Both the position numbers and the translations under genes were made by a program. This document shows positions 50,136 to 53,209 of a stretch of 53,209 nucleotides of DNA, piece by piece. Source of the DNA: Planctomycetia bacterium (lineage in GTDB: Bacteria > Planctomycetota > Planctomycetia > Pirellulales > PALSA-1355); contig JBGQHN010000003.1 in assembly GCA_041497975.1 (NCBI GenBank), positions 1 to 53,209 of the forward strand. The letters run 5' to 3'. Position 1 is the first letter of the stretch, and the number at the start of each line of letters is the position of its first letter. Under the pieces are notes generated by a model. The model ran no database searches and was not told the origin of the DNA. It saw only the letters and a list, made by a program, of their open reading frames with translations.

Positions 50136-52838
50136 TTATTGTCGACCGCGGTCGACGACAGGCTTGGCGCGGACCTGCTCCAGGATCGTTTCGGCGTGCC
50201 GTCGCGTGGTGGCGTTGTCGGACTTCGCCGCTTCTTCGAGTGCCGGGACGACCGTCTTGTCCATGTTTTGCAGGGCCTGCTCAGCCATCGTATTGATGGG
50301 ATCTCCGCGGTCCAAAAGGCCGAGCACATCTGGCATCATCGCCGCGAGGAGTTGTTTGCGTGGATTTACAGCGACTCGTCCGAGGCCTTGATTCTCGTCA
50401 AGGACGGCCCGCACCGCGAACATCACTTCGTTCGGATCGTCCGACGCGAGCCACTCGCGCAGGGCGGCTATCAACTCCGGCGGAACCGGCTCCAAATCCG
50501 AAAGCATGATCGCCGCCGTTTGGCGCACTTCGACGAACGGGTCCTTAAGCATCTTGATACCGATCGGAAGTACCTGTTTGCGTTCGACAATGTTGGACAG
50601 GATCGCCAGCGCGAACCGTCGTTCGTTGGCAATGTTGCTTTCCAGCGACTGGAAAACCGCCGGCAACGCATCATTGGCCGGCATCTTCCGCAAGGCGTCC
50701 ACGGCCACTTCAGCATCCGCATCTCCAAATCGCATGGGATAATCTCGCGCCGAGCGCAAAATCAGTTTCGCCGCTTGTGGGCCATTGCCATGCGCTCCAA
50801 AGGCTGCCAGGGCGCGAATTGCTTCGGCCCGCCGCTGGGGGCTCAAGTCGTTGCGCAGCTCTTCCGCCCAACTGGCAAAATCTTTCCCCTCGTAGCGCGC
50901 CTGCGCCTTGTCCGTGGGCGTGCGGCCGACGGCGGGCGCCGGAGCGAGAGCGTAGCGCCGTGGTGACGTTTGGGAGTCGAATTTCTGCGCGTCGTGTGCC
51001 TGAAGCGTGTTGAGAAGGTCGAGTTTGCGCTGGTAAAGTTTCAATTGATTTCGAAGAATGCGCAGCCGGAGTTCTAATTTCGCCTCGTCGCCACTCATTC
51101 GAGCGATCTCGCCCGAACTGATGGTTCCTGGAGAAGTTTTCACGGCTTGCACCGCGTTAGCGTGGGCTTTATTGGCGGCGTGAAGTTCAATCTCGGCTTG
51201 CGCGATCTGCCCGAAAACCTCCGATGTTTTTATGCTCAAGTCCAACGCCTGCATCTCATCCGCGACTTGTTCTCTTGTGATTGCCATTCCGGCATTGCGC
51301 CGTGACGGCTTGCCCTCGGCTTCGGCCAGCCAACGTTCGGCCTCGGCAACATAGAAATTCGTGGCCCGCATCTCTTTCGCGTCAGCGCCAAGGGTGCCGG
51401 CCTTGTATAGCTGGGCAATCTTTTTCTGCAGAGAGCGCATGCGATCCAGGTGGCCTCGCAAGGCGGCGACCGCCTGCTCCTCGTCGATCGCGGTAATTTC
51501 CGCCGCTTTCAACCAGCGCAGCGACCAGTCGTAGACCGTCTGCATCGGAGCCGTTTGGGCTTCGAAGGCAGCCAGGTTCTCCTCGTAGGCGCCGCGGGCC
51601 TCTTCGACCATTTTTTTCCCGGTCGTCAGTTCGGTCCAGTTGTCTTCATCCTCTGTCGACGTATTGCCCGCGCCCGACGAATCGTCTGTGGCCTGCTGCT
51701 GCAAGACGTTGAGGTACGGCGAGACAGTAGGCCCGTTTGGCTGCTGGCGCATCAATTCGTCTGCCCGCCCTTCCAACTCGTGCGGCTCTCGGGCGACAAG
51801 TTGCAACTGCACAAGACTTGCCGACGCCACGCACAGGCTAACGGCCACTAGCGACATTTTTTTCACCGAGGAGCCCTCGCTTGTTGACCCGGCGAGAACT
51901 CGCCGCACGCGCACCGCCAGGCCGCGGCCGCGAACTGCCGAGCCATAGGCTTGCTGCTGGAGGGGTGTTTGTCCCAAGCGGACTAGCAGCCTCGCATACT
52001 CCGTGGGCGACGCTTCGCCGACGGCCGCGCGGTCGCAAGCCCATTCGGCGGCTTCTTCGAACCGTCGCACTGCCCACCAGCTTGCCGGATTGAACCAATG
52101 CGGCAAAGCCAGCAGCCGCGCGACGAGCGACTTCCACGCGTCGCCGCGCAGATAATGTGCGAACTCATGGCGCAAAACCGCTCGACGCTCCTCGATGCTC
52201 AGCTCGCGCCACAGCGTTTCATCGACAATCAATTGATAGCCGCGCGGCAGGCGGCACAACAGCGGTCCCAATCCGCTGGCCATGCGCAGCGGAATCGGCC
52301 GCCGCAGGCCCGCTTCCGCCTGCATCGCGTACCATTCGGCCTGGCTGGCCGCATCGGCCGCTGCGCACCTTCGCAGCGACCGCCAGAAGCGCAAGTAGCC
52401 TGCCAGCCACACCGCCAGCAAGACGACGATGCCTGATACCCACGCTGCCGCAAGCACGGTCCAATCGACGTGCCAACTGACCGGCTCCTGGGCCGCACGT
52501 TGCGGATTGCTGGCGCCTGGCTCGACAACGGTGGGATCGCCCAGGTCGAGCAAAAGGGGTTCCGGCGGCATCGCCGGATCGGTAGCGGCAGGCCGCAGCG
52601 GGACCTTGACCAGGCGTATCGCAGGCGCGGTCCGGGGTGCCTCGTACCAGGGCACTGCCAGCGGGACGCGCACGAACGTCCAACCCATCAAAAGCACCAA
52701 CAGCCAGGTCGCGCGGTGCGCCGTGGGCCAGACGGGCCGCGTGATGCGCACGCCAATCTCCAACGCCAACGCCGCCACGCCCAGGTAAACGCTCGTGCGG
52801 CCAAGAGCCACCAACAGTTCGTATGCGCTCTCGCTCAT
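50136..52838 (-). CDS. BlaR1/M56 family metallopeptidase with coiled-coil and HEAT-repeat C-terminus
   Basis: TM helices, HEFAHYLRGD, HWFNP, EWACD; HEAT repeats near the C-terminus. Confidence 0.88.
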   Translation of the reverse strand: MSESAYELLVALGRTSVYLGVAALALEIGVRITRPVWPTAHRATWLLVLLMGWTFVRVPLAVPWYEAPRTAPAIRLVKVPLRPAATDPAMPPEPLLLDLGDPTVVEPGASNPQRAAQEPVSWHVDWTVLAAAWVSGIVVLLAVWLAGYLRFWRSLRRCAAADAASQAEWYAMQAEAGLRRPIPLRMASGLGPLLCRLPRGYQLIVDETLWRELSIEERRAVLRHEFAHYLRGDAWKSLVARLLALPHWFNPASWWAVRRFEEAAEWACDRAAVGEASPTEYARLLVRLGQTPLQQQAYGSAVRGRGLAVRVRRVLAGSTSEGSSVKKMSLVAVSLCVASASLVQLQLVAREPHELEGRADELMRQQPNGPTVSPYLNVLQQQATDDSSGAGNTSTEDEDNWTELTTGKKMVEEARGAYEENLAAFEAQTAPMQTVYDWSLRWLKAAEITAIDEEQAVAALRGHLDRMRSLQKKIAQLYKAGTLGADAKEMRATNFYVAEAERWLAEAEGKPSRRNAGMAITREQVADEMQALDLSIKTSEVFGQIAQAEIELHAANKAHANAVQAVKTSPGTISSGEIARMSGDEAKLELRLRILRNQLKLYQRKLDLLNTLQAHDAQKFDSQTSPRRYALAPAPAVGRTPTDKAQARYEGKDFASWAEELRNDLSPQRRAEAIRALAAFGAHGNGPQAAKLILRSARDYPMRFGDADAEVAVDALRKMPANDALPAVFQSLESNIANERRFALAILSNIVERKQVLPIGIKMLKDPFVEVRQTAAIMLSDLEPVPPELIAALREWLASDDPNEVMFAVRAVLDENQGLGRVAVNPRKQLLAAMMPDVLGLLDRGDPINTMAEQALQNMDKTVVPALEEAAKSDNATTRRHAETILEQVRAKPVVDRGRQ

Positions 52839-52881
52839 CTCAACCTTCGCTTTCTGCGCTTTTCGCTCGCGGCAAGACCAC

Positions 52882-53208
52882 TTATTTTTTGGATTTCGTC
52901 GATGGTTGCGACTGGCGCTCGGCCTGGGCAATCAATTGTTTCAATTCGGCCAGTTCATCGCTCGATAACTGCCGATCTCGCACCAGGTGAGCAATCAACG
53001 GCACGACGCTGCCGCCGCTCACGCGTTCCAGCAACAGGTCGAGGTGATGTGCGCTGACTTCCTCGGGTGCGACCGCGGCGGCGTAGCGGGCTGGCCGGTC
53101 TGCAGTCCGCGTGACCACGCCCTTGTCGACCAGGCGATTGAGCCGCGTTTGCACGGTGGTATAGCCGATCGCGCGGCCCAGGCCAGCCTGCGCCTCGGAG
53201 AGCGCGAC
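52882..53208 (-). CDS. BlaI/MecI/CopY family repressor (5' truncated at window end)
   Basis: GYTTVQTRLNRLVDKG, GSVVPLIAHLV, LSSDELAELKQLI; upstream of the M56 gene. Confidence 0.9.
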   Translation of the reverse strand, partial: VALSEAQAGLGRAIGYTTVQTRLNRLVDKGVVTRTADRPARYAAAVAPEEVSAHHLDLLLERVSGGSVVPLIAHLVRDRQLSSDELAELKQLIAQAERQSQPSTKSKK

Positions 53209-53209
53209 C

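Overview
GC-rich bacterial chromosome segment, most consistent with a Planctomycetota (Pirellulales-like) genome. That assignment is inferred from several planctomycete-type hypothetical families, a divergent dnaA, mcsA-mcsB and an EfpL-type EF-P. It is mostly housekeeping: xseA-xseB-ispA-dxs-nadK, dnaA, a diadenylate cyclase, nnrE, guaB, lspA, proC, efpL, ettA, guaA, surE, eno, a menC-like gene, trpE, mcsA-mcsB, coaD, a YtrA-type GntR-ABC operon and a BlaI/M56 pair, interspersed with envelope hypotheticals. I found no rRNA, tRNA or CRISPR array. Most notable observations: (1) a RAYT (Y1 HUH) transposase bounded by inverted REP hairpins and flanked by a perfect 24-bp direct repeat that contains the efpL stop codon; (2) two copies of a ~100-bp MITE/REP-like element, each starting at the TAG stop of a housekeeping gene (dnaA, eno); (3) a DnaA with His in place of the sensor-II Arg and an altered DNA-recognition helix; (4) a probably leaderless, operator-overlapped GntR promoter; (5) a 46-aa basic protein missed by the ORF track; (6) complementary G/C heptamer tracts between guaA and ettA. 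Family names come from motif recognition only; no database searches were run.
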